Assembly (NCBI RefSeq): GCF_006345805.1
Contig: NW_021834397.1
Span: 1 to 48,441 of the forward strand
Direction: 5' to 3'
From: Octopus sinensis
Taxonomy: Eukaryota
DNA: 48,441 bases
The notes beneath the pieces are model-generated. The model had not been told where the DNA came from, did no database searches, and saw nothing but the letters and a program-made list of their open reading frames with translations. The position numbers and the translations under genes were made by a program. Below are positions 12,395-24,080 of the stretch, one piece after another. The first letter of the stretch is position 1; every line of letters begins with the position of its first letter.

Positions 12395-13470
12395 ATAACT
12401 AATGCCTCACGAGACGTTGGCCGGCCTCGCGAATAGCAAGCCATTCCCACGGATCACGGCGATCGACAGACTTTCCAAGAGCCAGGATGACTCTCCTGAA
12501 TCGTGTCTTACTCTTCACATTCGTCTCGGCCGAGAGAGCGAAGAAAGCGGAGTGTCTTAAGGCCGAAGATCTCCGAAGACTCCAAACGATTAGAGTTAAA
12601 TAAACTAATTCTTAAAAAAGTCTCCCAATATGTATTGACTCGTCCTTAGCTTAACAAAATAAATAATTCATTATTTTAAACTCCGGCACATAACACGGCC
12701 AGGCAGTTCAATCGGAAAAAATCATCTTTTACAAAGAGTTTCGTTGCAATCGCCCGAGAGATTGACCAGCCCATTGGAGTTTTTTATTACGGTTTTTTCG
12801 CAGATACACTTTAAATTATTTTTTGAAGAAACTGTTATTTACTAGAATTAACAAAGCCATCTATTCCGAAGTGGACCCCGCCAACATAATTGACGTTGCG
12901 TTGGCTCTCACGATAGCAACGGAGATCAACTGGAGAAGCCACCGGGTCTCACGTGTGTCGTGGCTTTTTAATGTGGCTAAGTGTCAAAGCTTCTTTAGGA
13001 AGCGAAGCGATTTCACTTATTCCTCCAGTTGTCTCGACCACAATCGGACAGAACACGAATCGATCTCGCAGCGCTTCAATTTTCTCTCCTTTGCCTCATC
13101 GTTTTTTCCGCGCCATACAGTCTGTCCACTGCGCTCGGCAATGTGGACGGGCAGAGAGTGTCCACACAGTTGCGCCAGGGGTTTCCCCTCTTCAAATGGA
13201 AAATTGTGATCCCATCAGGACGTTTTCCATCTCCTCGGTCAAGCTCGGCCGGTTCAAGTACGGCTGGGTATCCTGCAGACTCAGGGTCGCTTGACAATTT
13301 CGTTGATCGCCTTGTGTCTTGGAAAATCGTCCTGCACTTCTTAACAAGAGAGAGCATGGTGTCCATAACAATCGACGGTGGCCCCACACCGGCATTTGTG
13401 AGTCCGGCAAATCTCCAGTCCAAGTCTGGTGCTGATGTTAATGCGGACAGTATCGTCGTCAAGGTGGGTT
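12395..13470 (-). mobile_element. Two CRE-like non-LTR 3' fragments (12395-12600 and 12875-13470)
   Basis: SAGYPAVLEPAELDRGDGKRPDGITIF, RETRWLLQLISVAIVRAN and WLLESLSIAVIRGN. Confidence 0.8.
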
Positions 13471-13729
13471 CCGATACTTGTTTAAATTAAAAACCATAAG
13501 TACTTTGCCTCTTTTTTATTTTGTTCTCTATTAAGTTATTAAGTATTAGACTAAATCTATTGTAAAAAATTGGTTCTTGGAACCTTCATTCAATCCTGTT
13601 CAGTTTTATCTGGTGAACTATCGTTTTGTTACATTCTATTCAACCTGACTCGATTTTGTGATTTTTGCTTTTAAGTTTTCCATTATCTTTGATTTCGGGA
13701 AGATAGTTTCCAGTTCTTTAGATTAATGT

Positions 13730-14729
13730 ACAGTCAACCCTCTCTATAATGAACAAAATGTCCACGTCAAAACATCATGTTCACTATTGTCTATAGTGAA
13801 CAAAAGGAATCGAAATAACAATAAACAATATTAAAGTATAATTACAAAGATTATTTAGAGATTTTAATCATGTAATCGGGTGATTTTTTGAGAATGATTA
13901 GTTTGATAATTTCTTAAAATTTTTGTATTTCGTATACTTTTCCTCTTTGTTCATAATCATTCTCAAGAAACCATAATTCAAGCGCCTTCGCATATCACTA
14001 GCTTCATATAGTGTCGGAACATAAATTTTTCATCTTCCTCTTCAACTTGGTCTTGCTGTTTTAGTTTTCTCGCAAAGTTTTGTATAAAGTTTTCGTCGTC
14101 AATTGATCATTTTCATGAATCAAAAAATTTTCATCATCTATTTCTTCTATTTCTGTCAGGTTCTGTATTAACGCATTTTCAAATGCTTTCTTGAAACAAT
14201 TGTAATTGTTAATTACCGACACTTCTAACCAAGCTTGATTTATGAATATCAAGCAATTCAATAGAGTGAATTTCTTCAACTTTTCCGTAACTTTTTCGTG
14301 ATCTACATTGTCATCATTAGTATAAAATTCAATCAAGTGTGCACATAGGAGTTGTCTATACCTGTCTTTGAATGATTTTATTATTCCTTGATCAAGGGGT
14401 TGTAACTTCGATGTTGTATTTGGAGGGAAAAAGAGTTCGATGTTACTGAACTCTAAATCACGTGAGTGTACAGTTGCATATCAAGTAGAATTAGAATTTT
14501 TCTTTTTGCAAAATCATTTTTTGTTCAATTCTATGAGCCATTCTGAGAAATAACCATATGTCTTTCATGCTTTTTTATTTGATTTGTATTCCACTTGTAA
14601 ATTATTAATTAAATTTCTTCTTCTTTTAAAGCAGCGTGGATTTTTGGCTTTTCCAATAACAAATGGATCAAGTTTTTCTCCCATCATACTAACGCAAAAC
14701 ATAACAGTTACTCTTTCTTTTATCGGTTA
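13730..14729 (-). mobile_element. pogo/Tigger (CENP-B-like DDE_1) DNA transposon, 3' half with one terminus
   Basis: RVTVMFCVSMMGEKLDPFVIGKAKNPRCFK, PPNTTSKLQPLDQGIIKSFKDRYRQ and FINQAWLEVS. The end reads ta-cagtcaaccctctctataatgaaca. Confidence 0.85.
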
Positions 14730-14799
14730 TTAGACAGATTTTTGTATCGTAGTCGAACTACAAAAAACTCGTGCATTAAACTCGTGCATTAGTGCAAGT

Positions 14800-15458
14800 T
14801 GTAGGAAACCAGTCCGAGGGCTGGAAGTGGCTGGAAAAGTGGAAGAACGGCCAAGAAAAGTGTCAGTCCCAGAAAAGTAGGATCGTAAGCCCAGGGAAGG
14901 AAGAGAGTGCCAGTAATGTATTCTCCCAATGTGAGAGATAAAACAAAGAGAGAACTGAGCCAAGATTGAAAACTAATCTCCCAAGTGACATCCCTCCACT
15001 GCCCCCGCAGACATAAAGGGAGGAGAAGACGAACATGACCAACAAAAAGGCAGAAAAACTATCACAGCCGTGGTCGAGGAGTTCCCCCATGGCACTGCTG
15101 ATCCCCAACTTCCTGGCCTGCATTCCGTCAGTTCCGTCGAGGGTGTGTGAGAGAAATGTGCAGAAAGAAGTGACAAGCCACGCCTAGCCAGGAATGGGAA
15201 GGAAGACGACAAGTAGGTTGAACCACAAAAATTATGGTCGTATTGGTCAATGGCAAAATAGACTATGATGAGGACAGACAAATGAGGAGGGTTAGGACAT
15301 TCGGGGATAGCCAGACCGGGCAGTAGGACTCGGCAATCCAACGCCAGAATGGCTTGGTTATGTATTTAGACACAGGACTGTTGTCTACAGCATTGTATTT
15401 GTATGCTTTTATTCTCTCCGCTTCGTTGCTATCAAGATACGATGTAAAAAAACGACAT
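14800..15458 (-). pseudogene. SELENOI: Ethanolaminephosphotransferase 1 (EPT1/SELENOI)-like 5' fragment, truncated and without visible introns
   Basis: YKYNAVDNSPVSKYITKPFW, CPVWLSPNVLT, the CDP-alcohol motif TLDGTDGMQARKLGISSAMGELLDHGCD, and HWE.YITGTLFLPWAYD. Homology ends near 14870. Confidence 0.8.
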
Positions 15459-15516
15459 TTATACAACAACCACGGCACACTTTGAATATTAAAAGTTTAT
15501 TTAAAAATTGAGAAAA

Positions 15517-15597
15517 TACCGACAGTGGGATTCGAACCCACGAGGACATTGTCCAATGCATCTAAGTGCACCGCCTTAACCGCTCGGCCATATCGGT
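15517..15597 (-). tRNA. tRNA-Leu, probably UAA, with a 6-nt anticodon loop as assembled
   Basis: ACCGATA-TGGCCGAGCGGTTAAGGCG-GTGCA-CTTAGA-TGCAT-TGGACAATGTCC-TC-GTGGGTTCGAATCCCAC-TGTCGGT-A followed by TTTT. The long variable arm is typical of Leu-UAA. Confidence 0.9.
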
Positions 15598-15639
15598 GTT
15601 TTTATAGTTTTATTACTTTTAAACTAATACATATTACGT

Positions 15640-18050
15640 TATTTGTATTTATTATTATAGCACTTTCACGAAAGCCATAATGTTTATAGCCCCGCATGTG
15701 CAACACTCAATGTAACGATATTTAAGGTTAGTTTTTTCCATTTTCCTCTGTCGTATGCGAGTGATCTTAATTCCTCCAGGTCGTCCCCCGTCTTTAGGTT
15801 TTTCCTCACTCGATTTAGGTCTTTGTTTAAGGCAGTTGGAAGTGTCGATCTAGGTCGTCCGCGGAAGGGTATGTCGCATCTGTCGAAGTAGTCTTCCATC
15901 GCTTTGTTAGCTGGTGCGTCCGGGTTCATTCTTAGTACATGCCCGAATAGCCTCCACCGGGCATCTACCACATCCCCGCTGATGCAGGAGCACATACACT
16001 TGTAGATACCATTGGTTGATATTCGACGTGGCCACTCCATTCCGAGTAAGCTTCTTAGTTGCCTTCTATGGAATGAGTCCAGTTTCAGTAGATCGTTGAA
16101 GGAACATCCCCATGTCCCAGCGTTGTACAGCAGGATCGGTTTCACAAACGCGTTGTAGAGCCTGCATCTGATGCCAACTCCAAGTCCTTTGGCTCTTAGC
16201 CATCCTTTCTTCAGTTTCGCCAATGCCGAATTCGCCAGTGTTTTCCTCCTTAGTACATCTTCAGCGTCTCCCAGTAGGGATCCAAGCTTATTAGTGTGTC
16301 TCCATCTTTCATGGGTAGTATCATTCTCTTTGGATTTCCGTAATCTCAGTTTTGTTCACATTTACGCTGAGGACCCATTCCCAAGCTCCCAAGCTCCATA
16401 GGTGTTGGAGTGCGGTCACGTCCCGTGATACGAAATCCACATCATCGGCATAGGATGTTTCTTTCTATGTCTCCCGTATAGCATTTACGGAGGTCGCGGA
16501 GTGCAGATTCAAGGTAGATGGTGAATAGTAGGGGGGAGAGAGAGTCACCCTGGAGTGTCCCAGTCGTTGTTTTGAAACTGCGGGAAGTTGCTCCTTCTGT
16601 CCTCACGAATAGTCTTGTGTTCGCAAGTAGTAGTCTGATTATTCTAACCGATGATTCATCCAGTATTTGCTCAAGCACATTCATCAGTTTCTGTATGTTA
16701 TTGAGTCAAAGGCTCTGGAGAGATCTATTCCCAGCACGGTCGTTGTGCTCTTGAATCTTTGGTGCGTTGCGCAGCGCCATCTGTGGCTCCATACAATGTC
16801 TGCCGTAGACCTCCCATCTCGGAACCCACTTTGACTCGGTGATAGTATTGATCCGCCACACCCTTTATCCGCCTTAGTGCGACGTCTGCCAGCACCTTGC
16901 GTATCGAATTCAGGAGTATTATCGGGAGGAGATTTTCTACGGGTCCTTTTGGTTTGTTGGATTTGTATGGGTATTAGTAATCCATTCCAAGTCCCAGATC
17001 GGTATTAGTTTCGAAAATTTCATTTAGGGTTTTTGCAATTGTGTCGCTGAGTTTTTTTGGCCCATATTTTAGGAGCTCGGGGCTTATGTTGTCCGGCCCA
17101 GCACTCTTGTTGTTCCTCAGTTTATTTATCGCTAGTTCCACTCTTCCGCTGTGATTGGGATTTTTAACGCTTTTGCATCTCCCTGGAAACAGGGAAAGTC
17201 CGTGTTTTCTATTCAGCAAGGTTTCGAAGTTTCGTGCGATCAGCTCTGCTTTTTCTTTTGGATTACCCACGAATTTTCCATCTTTGTCTTTAATGTGGAG
17301 GATGTTTTGTCCTTTCTTAGTAGTCCGCAGTAGTCGTAGGGCCGCATACATCCTTGAGTTGTCTTTTAGGCATTCCACATCTTTTAGTAGGGATGTAATG
17401 ATTTCTCGTGAGTATTTTCGGTTCATCTTTTGGATTTTGCACTTTAGTTCCCTTGTTGGATGTTAAGCTCCTTTTTCTTAATCTCGTCTGCCGTGTTTGC
17501 GGCTTTTAGCCGTACCTCTCTGCGATGCTTTGCCATGTCTGGCACGTTCGGGTGGTGATCCAGTTTTAGGGCACAATGATTTCGGACTCCAAGGCATATA
17601 CTGGCCGCCTTGGAGATTGCCCGCTTTGTTTGGTCCCACCGGGTTCGTAATGAAGTTCTGGTGTGGTTTTCTCCATAAGAGTCTCAATTGCTTGTGATAA
17701 TTGTCTTTACAAGTGGGCTCCAGCCACAATTCTCTGCTGGAAGTGTATTTTGGCCTTTGTCTCGCCTTCTTCGCGTTTGTATATTTAGCTTCGTAATTTT
17801 TAATAGGTTTTTATCTCTTTTTTATTAGTACTTTTTAATTTATCTCAAATCAATTTTCTTTCTCTTTCTAGATTGCCAATCTCTTAATAAGCATACTTAT
17901 CCATCTCATAGGCCTGGCCTCTTTTGTTGTCGTTATCAAAGATTCTTCCGTTGCTCTATTTGTAAGGCGAGCCTTTCGGCGTTGCTCCGGCGGCATCATT
18001 CCAGCTTATGTCCCCATCCATACTCTCTAATGTTTTCCTGACAACCATCG
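15640..18050 (-). mobile_element. RTE-clade non-LTR retrotransposon, 5' truncated and frameshifted
   Basis: NNKSAGPDNISPELLKYG, QGDSLSPLLF, YADD, RLYNAFVKPILLYNAGTW, RWRLFGHVLRM and RGRPR, plus an ATA-repeat tail. Confidence 0.9.
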
Positions 18051-18329
18051 ACTGAATGTAAGCTCGTTTGGGTCCCTGAGACTGATTTAGTCGCAGTGAT
18101 GTTTCTAGAATTTACTCACAACATTTTAATGTTAGTACAAATGGTGCTATAGTTACGCTGTGGATTACTCACAGTTCACAGATAGTAATCCATAAACCCT
18201 GCTTCCATACTATTGTAAAAAGGCAAGGCATTAAACAAATATGGGACACATAAATGCACTCAGTGGTTGCATGAGGTATAAAAAGGAAAAGCCTTGTCTG
18301 TCGATGTGGGTCACCTTCTCGCGGTGGCA

Positions 18330-19180
18330 GATGATAGTTCTATACTACGATAAGACTCAAACTACTCCCCTATCGAAGCCGTTGCTCCCAAAGGCCTCTT
18401 TGCTTATCAAACTCGCCCTTCTCCTTTCCGGAAACATTGAACCAAATCCTGTCCCCAGCAAGAAGACCCTATTACGTATCTTGCAGATCAACATCAATGG
18501 GATTGCTCCGAAGACTGCTGAACTTTATTCCTTTCCTGGAGAAGCACGACATTCCTTTGTGCAAGAAACGAAGCTCTCGACCAAAAATCACTTTCCTGGA
18601 TACTCATACGTCCGGCTGTGTACTCCAATTCTGGCCCCTGTTACTTCTTTGAAGGTCATTTACGACCTAAATACTTTCCTCAAGGAATTATACAAAATTT
18701 CTCGCAAAGTTACAGCCACGAAGTAAACGCCCTTATAAAGACTCGTAACAAACTGAAACGGGAAAATGGATAGAACTGATGAATCTAAACAAACAAATCA
18801 CTGCTGCCATACATCGCCCTCGAAATTATCGGTTATTTTCTTCCGACAATCAAACCTTCACCCGAAGTTATCTCTCTTTGGTTCTGACCTCCCACTATGC
18901 AAAAACCTACTATCCTCGGACTTACTTTTGATCCAACTATGTCCTTCACATGTCTCTAACATTTCTGTCAAGGCAAACAGACGCAAAAACAAAGCAATAA
19001 GTGGTCACATTACAATAAGTTATGCGAGTCCAAGCTGGGCGCCCTGCTTATCCATAAACTCGACAATGGCACTTCAATCAGTACAAAACAAGGCACAATA
19101 TGTGGGTGTCTAAAATCAACCCCAATTGATAACCTCCACTGTGAAACAAACCTTTTGAAGATCATCTAATATGAGAGGAG
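18330..19180 (+). mobile_element. Deleted APE-type LINE (jockey/I-like) with a degenerate 2A-like motif
   Basis: LLLSGNIEPNPVP followed by APE motifs LRILQININGI and VQETKL. The 3' part reads ISYASPSWAP...LQSVQNKA. Confidence 0.75.
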
Positions 19181-19848
19181 TGCCATGCGCACAATATTTT
19201 ATAAGCGTGATTGTGTTTATTCTCAGCCACTGACTGAACAGAGTAGATTTTTAAACTCATTGATTTCTTAATTACATTCTCCCTGCATGTACACATCTGC
19301 CTTGGTGAGTAGTCATTATTATTTGTAGATGATCAATGAACAGTTGGTGTATATGTAGCCATCATCTTGGTCATCCATCATAACTTTGGGTACTTTCACT
19401 GAGTGGATTCATTACAAATGCAAAGATTTGGAGTGACAAGAAATCACCCTGAGTATGTTTCTTTCCATTTTGATTTTCCAATCACGTTCTGGTTGGGGAT
19501 TGGCTTAATTTCCAATTTGCGACAAGGTCGGAGTGAGGGAGGCCGAGTTTGCAAGAAAGTCGTGATCAACCGAATGGAACGCTTTATCACATCAATCCAG
19601 ATAAAAAACAAATTATTTCCGCTTTATTTGTGAATGGACTGATTAATTATTGCTCGTTCGACACCCTGGCACATTATCGGGTGATTATTGGCAAACACAT
19701 AACGACACTCATGACTCGATTCAGGAAGGAAACATGACTTTGTTGTTTTGGATGATTAGGAGGAATAAAGTATAATTAAATGTAAAAAATAGAATAGAGT
19801 AGAAAAGTAAAAAATAAATAGTCGATTAGTTTTAGTGGTGTGGATAAG

Positions 19849-20674
19849 ATGGGCGACGAGAAAAGGTAGTAGATGAATGATAGAACTAGTAAACTTAATT
19901 AATTAGAAAATTATTTGTTGGTGGGTTAGCCTCAGAGACAAATAATGGTAATGGGTGTTAGAAATAGAAGAATCGATGAAGGCGTACTTTGGTCGGTTCG
20001 GTGAAGTGGAGGAGTGCATAGTGATGACGAACGTGGAGACAGGGCAGTCGCGTGGATTTGGATTTGTGACATTCGAGTCTGCTTTGTCAGTGCAGAAAGT
20101 GATGGGTACATTGACGCACGTGGTGGATGGGAGGCAAGTGGACCCGAAGATGTGCAATCCGCGAGGGAAAGTAATAAGTTGGTGGAGTAGTGAAGGGTGG
20201 AGGAGATGGGTCGGACGGGAAGATCTTCATAGGGGGACTGCCTGCGAACTGCACAGAGGAGACGATAAAGGCCTTTTTTTCGTACTACGGAAATGTGAGT
20301 GGTTGAATGACATGTGAGGTGACGGACACTATTTTGATGATGGACCAGAACAGAGAACGCCACCGAGGGTTCGGATTCGTCACGTTCGATTCACAAGAGC
20401 CCGTCAACCGTCTGTGCATGGAGAGATACGTCGTCATTAGTGGCAAGAGAGTTGGCCCATCTTGTCAACGTAGGTCGAGTGCAAACTGGCTCAGCCACTC
20501 ACTGGTCGTCGCACCACCCCTCGCTGGCCACGCCCATATCACATGCCTCTCTACCACTTTGGAGGGCTCACTGACTGGACTATGCAGGACTACTGGGACC
20601 AACAGTACCACTACGCACAACAGCAGTGGGCTGCACAACAAATGGGCTACCCTCCTCCCGACCAACCTAACTAG
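19849..20674 (+). CDS. DAZAP1: Two-RRM RNA-binding protein, DAZAP1/Hrb27C-like
   Basis: Spliced MGDEKRKLFVGGL, RGFGFVTF, VDPKMCNPR, KIFIGGLP and HRGFGFVTF, with a Q/Y/W-rich tail ending at TAG 20672-20674. Confidence 0.85.
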
Positions 20675-20753
20675 TCCATTCTTTATTTGGCTTCTTGTTT
20701 GTTTTATTGTGGCCACCCTGTTCTAGTTGTCATGATAACCATCCTACTTTACA

Positions 20754-21406
20754 ATGTTCACTAATACTTTCCAAAGCGGCATGTTGTCCATTTTGTACAG
20801 CATTGGCAGTAAGCCACTCCAAATATGGGACAAACAGGCACATCTCCTCTATCACCACCACAGGTCAAGAACGGACACATCAAGAGAATCACCGACAACG
20901 ACATCCAGTCACTCGTCCTCGAGATTGCCGGCACTAATGTCAGGTCCGCTCATTCCCCCCACTCCTTAGCACCACCTACATCACCTCACCACTATGGACG
21001 TCACTCTCGGCATCAAACTCCCCTTTCTTGTCATGATCATCAAAAACCTCAAAAAGTACTTCACCTTCGAAGTCCAAGTCCTCGACGACAAAAACGTCAA
21101 ACGACGATTCCGTGCCAGCAACTACCAAAGCACCACCCGAGTTAAGCCCTTCATCTGCACCATGCCCATGCGACTCGACGACGGGTGGAACCAAATACAG
21201 TTCAACCTGTCGGACTTCACCAGACGTGCCTACGGGACTAATTACATCGAGACTTTGAGGGTCCAGGTCACTCCCTCTCCCCATTTTAGATCCATGCAAA
21301 CTGCCGCATTCGACGAGTCTTTTTCTCCGAGAGGCTCTACTCCGAGGACGAACTCCCCGCAGAGTTCAAGTTGTATCTCCCCGTCCAGAACAAGGCTCGT
21401 TCTTAA
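20754..21406 (+). CDS. CFAP20: Cilia- and flagella-associated protein 20
   Basis: [28 protein letters not shown]|[16 protein letters not shown]...[25 protein letters not shown]...[31 protein letters not shown]. Three introns of 23-26 nt, the first GC-AG. One small indel near 20990. Confidence 0.97.
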
Positions 21407-21589
21407 CACACTAATTCACTATTAACGCTAATATGTTCGGGTTATGATTGCTCATATCCTTTCCTTCAGACAAGTCCTGTTACATTAACTGAACTGCCAT
21501 TATTCTATCCAGCATATTCGGGAGATCAATCAGTCCAAGATTTTGAATTTGACTGATTTTGTATCAAAAGTTCAAATGATAAATGGTAG

Positions 21590-23520
21590 TTTATAGAACG
21601 AATGCATTGTAGAGGCACAAACGAAGCGCAATCGTTACCGGCCTGTTAGCCACCCAATCCGTTTTTAGCCTGTTCAACGCGGCCGTCGATAGTACTTTCC
21701 TTCGGGTAATGTCCTCACTATCTCCGAGGAGTGTGCCCAGTTTTCTAGAATGTCTCCATTCATCATCTAGTCTTGAACTCATGCGTGCGACTTCCGTGAT
21801 TTCCGTTTTGGTTGTGTTCACAGTGAGGAACCATTTTCCAAACTCTGCTGGTGCAACATCAAGTAACCGCCTCAAGGCTGCTGTGTCGTGTGATACAAAA
21901 TCCACATCGTCAGCGTATACAATTTCGGTGATTTGTCCGTTATAAAAGAGCCTGAGATCACGCCTCCAGGTATATCACGAACAGCAAAGGGGAAAAGGAG
22001 TCTCCCTGAGGGGTACCCACTGTCGTCGAAAAATTCCTGGATGACGTACTCCCAATTTGTACTTTTAATTCCGTGTTCGACAATAGGACTTCTATCATCC
22101 TGACGCAATCCCCGTCGAGGAATCCCCGCAAAACACTAATAAGTTTTCCTCGGCGAATTGTGTCGAAGGCTCTCGACATGTCGATCCCTAGAATTGTAGT
22201 CGCACTCTCGAATCTTTGGCAAGTAGCGCAACGCCATCTGTGTCCCCAGACCACATCAGCAGTAGATCTACCCGTCCTGAACCCACTGTGGTTCAAAGAC
22301 AGGAATTCGTTCGCAGGCTCTTGTATACGGTCTAGAACCACGAGAGCAAGGACCTTTCTCAGCGTATTGAGTAGAATGACTGGTCGCAGGTTATCCACAG
22401 AGCCCATCTTCTTATTTGGTTTTTGAATCGGGACCAGAATTCCTTTGCCCAAAGGAAGAAGATCATTAGTTGTAAACATTTTGTTTAGTACTTTGGCCAT
22501 GATTTCCATCAGTGTTTTAGGACCTTATTTCAGTAACTCAGCACTTATACCATCCGGTCCCGGAGAGCGATTACTTTTCAGTCTATTCGTTGCTTTCATA
22601 ACTTCTTCCACCGTGATTTCATTTATCAGGTTTGCCGGATTACTAGTGATTAGGTCCACCTTTTCCCCGTCAACATTAAAAAGTCGCTCAAAATGAGTAG
22701 CAATAAGTTCTGCTTGTTCCGCAGCACCAAAATCATATTTCCGTTGTTGTCCTCGATCTTTAGTTTAATCTTTTGCTTCCTCCTCTTAAGCAACCTCATT
22801 GCTAAGAACATCTGTGCACAATCCTTTAATTCTCCACTTCTTTTAGCCTGGCATCCAAAACGTTTGCAATGTGTTCGCTGTTTAACTTTTTGATCATTTT
22901 CTGTATCCTGGTGCGTTCCGATTGTAAGAAAGTTTTCTGACCATATCCGTTGTGTTCTCTAGCGAGAGTCGGAGAGCCTTCTGTTTTGCAGCCATTGCAG
23001 GGACATCGGGATGGCATTGGTCTTTACAGCGTACATTGTACATTGTTCTATACAACTCCTCCTGTTGGGGGATCTCTGCTTCCGAAATTAAAAACCTTAA
23101 CTCCTTCCACCGAAGACAACTGCGTATATTATGTGGGGTACAATGGCCGACCCGGATCAACAACGGGGCACTTTACCGTAAATGCACAGCGCAACCTGTG
23201 ATTCTGGATGTGATGGAAGCCCGATGGAGACTGTTCGGACATGTCCTACGGATGGACCAGACGTCACCCGCAAATTTGGCTATGGAAGAATATTTTGCCG
23301 CTAGTGGAAAGAAATTTTGGGGACGCCCGCGCATTGCTCTACCGGAGGTGCTGGATGCTGACCTCAAATCAATCAACCGCAAGCTTAAAAATGAGAATGA
23401 TCTGGACGCAATGAGAAACTTAGCATGCAACAGGGGAGGTTGGACAAGGATTATCAAGAAAATCGTTTCGTGGAAATATAACTATTATGTTTAAACTGGC
23501 GAATCAAACTAAACTGGCGA
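21590..23520. mobile_element. RTE-clade retrotransposon with an inverted 5' segment (minus 21590-~23035, plus ~23036-23520)
   Basis: The minus-strand RT (PQGDSFSPLLF, YADD) ends at LRLCLYNAFVL. The plus-strand piece resumes IVLYNSSCWG...RWRLFGHVLRM and ends with the repeat taaactggcga x2. Confidence 0.9.
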
Positions 23521-23859
23521 GTAGGTAGACATCTCTGACTTAAAGGCGCTTCACTTTTCAGTAACTAATGTGCATGTCGAATGGTATCAAAAAAACTTTT
23601 ACTGATACCATTAATCCCATCTCGTTACATATCCTTGTTGAATTCTGAATGTAACTCATTTTTGACAATGTAAACTAAATATTTATTGATTATTATAAAG
23701 AAGGAATCTGAATGTGACTGGTTTCTAAAATTTTGGATTGCCAAGGTAATAAATTTGAAAGATGCCTTCATCTCTCGTGAATTCGTGTGCGAATCGATTA
23801 GCGTTTGCAATGTCAGAGTCTTATCAAAAGAAAATTCCTAGATTTTAACTCAAACACAT

Positions 23860-24080
23860 TTTTAATGTAGAGAGAAAAACAGTAAAATTCAGTAAGGGAA
23901 ATATCATGGTATGGTGTGCCATATGGATTCAGTAATTTGGTTGGGAAAAGAAAAGATGGATGGAGCTTTGTATGTTAACATACAAACGAATAATCTTATC
24001 TCATTTCTGAACAAAATCGAAATTAATTCCCAACAAGACAATGATCCGAAACATACTTCGGCAATACAAGGCGCTTTTTT
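23860..24080 (+). mobile_element. Tc1-like transposase remnant
   Basis: TVKFSKGNIMVWCA and QQDNDPKHTS. Confidence 0.7.

Noticed and set aside
19200-19760. Plus-strand coding-like stretch with a candidate 24-nt intron
   Set aside because: No identifiable product, and the frames are broken.
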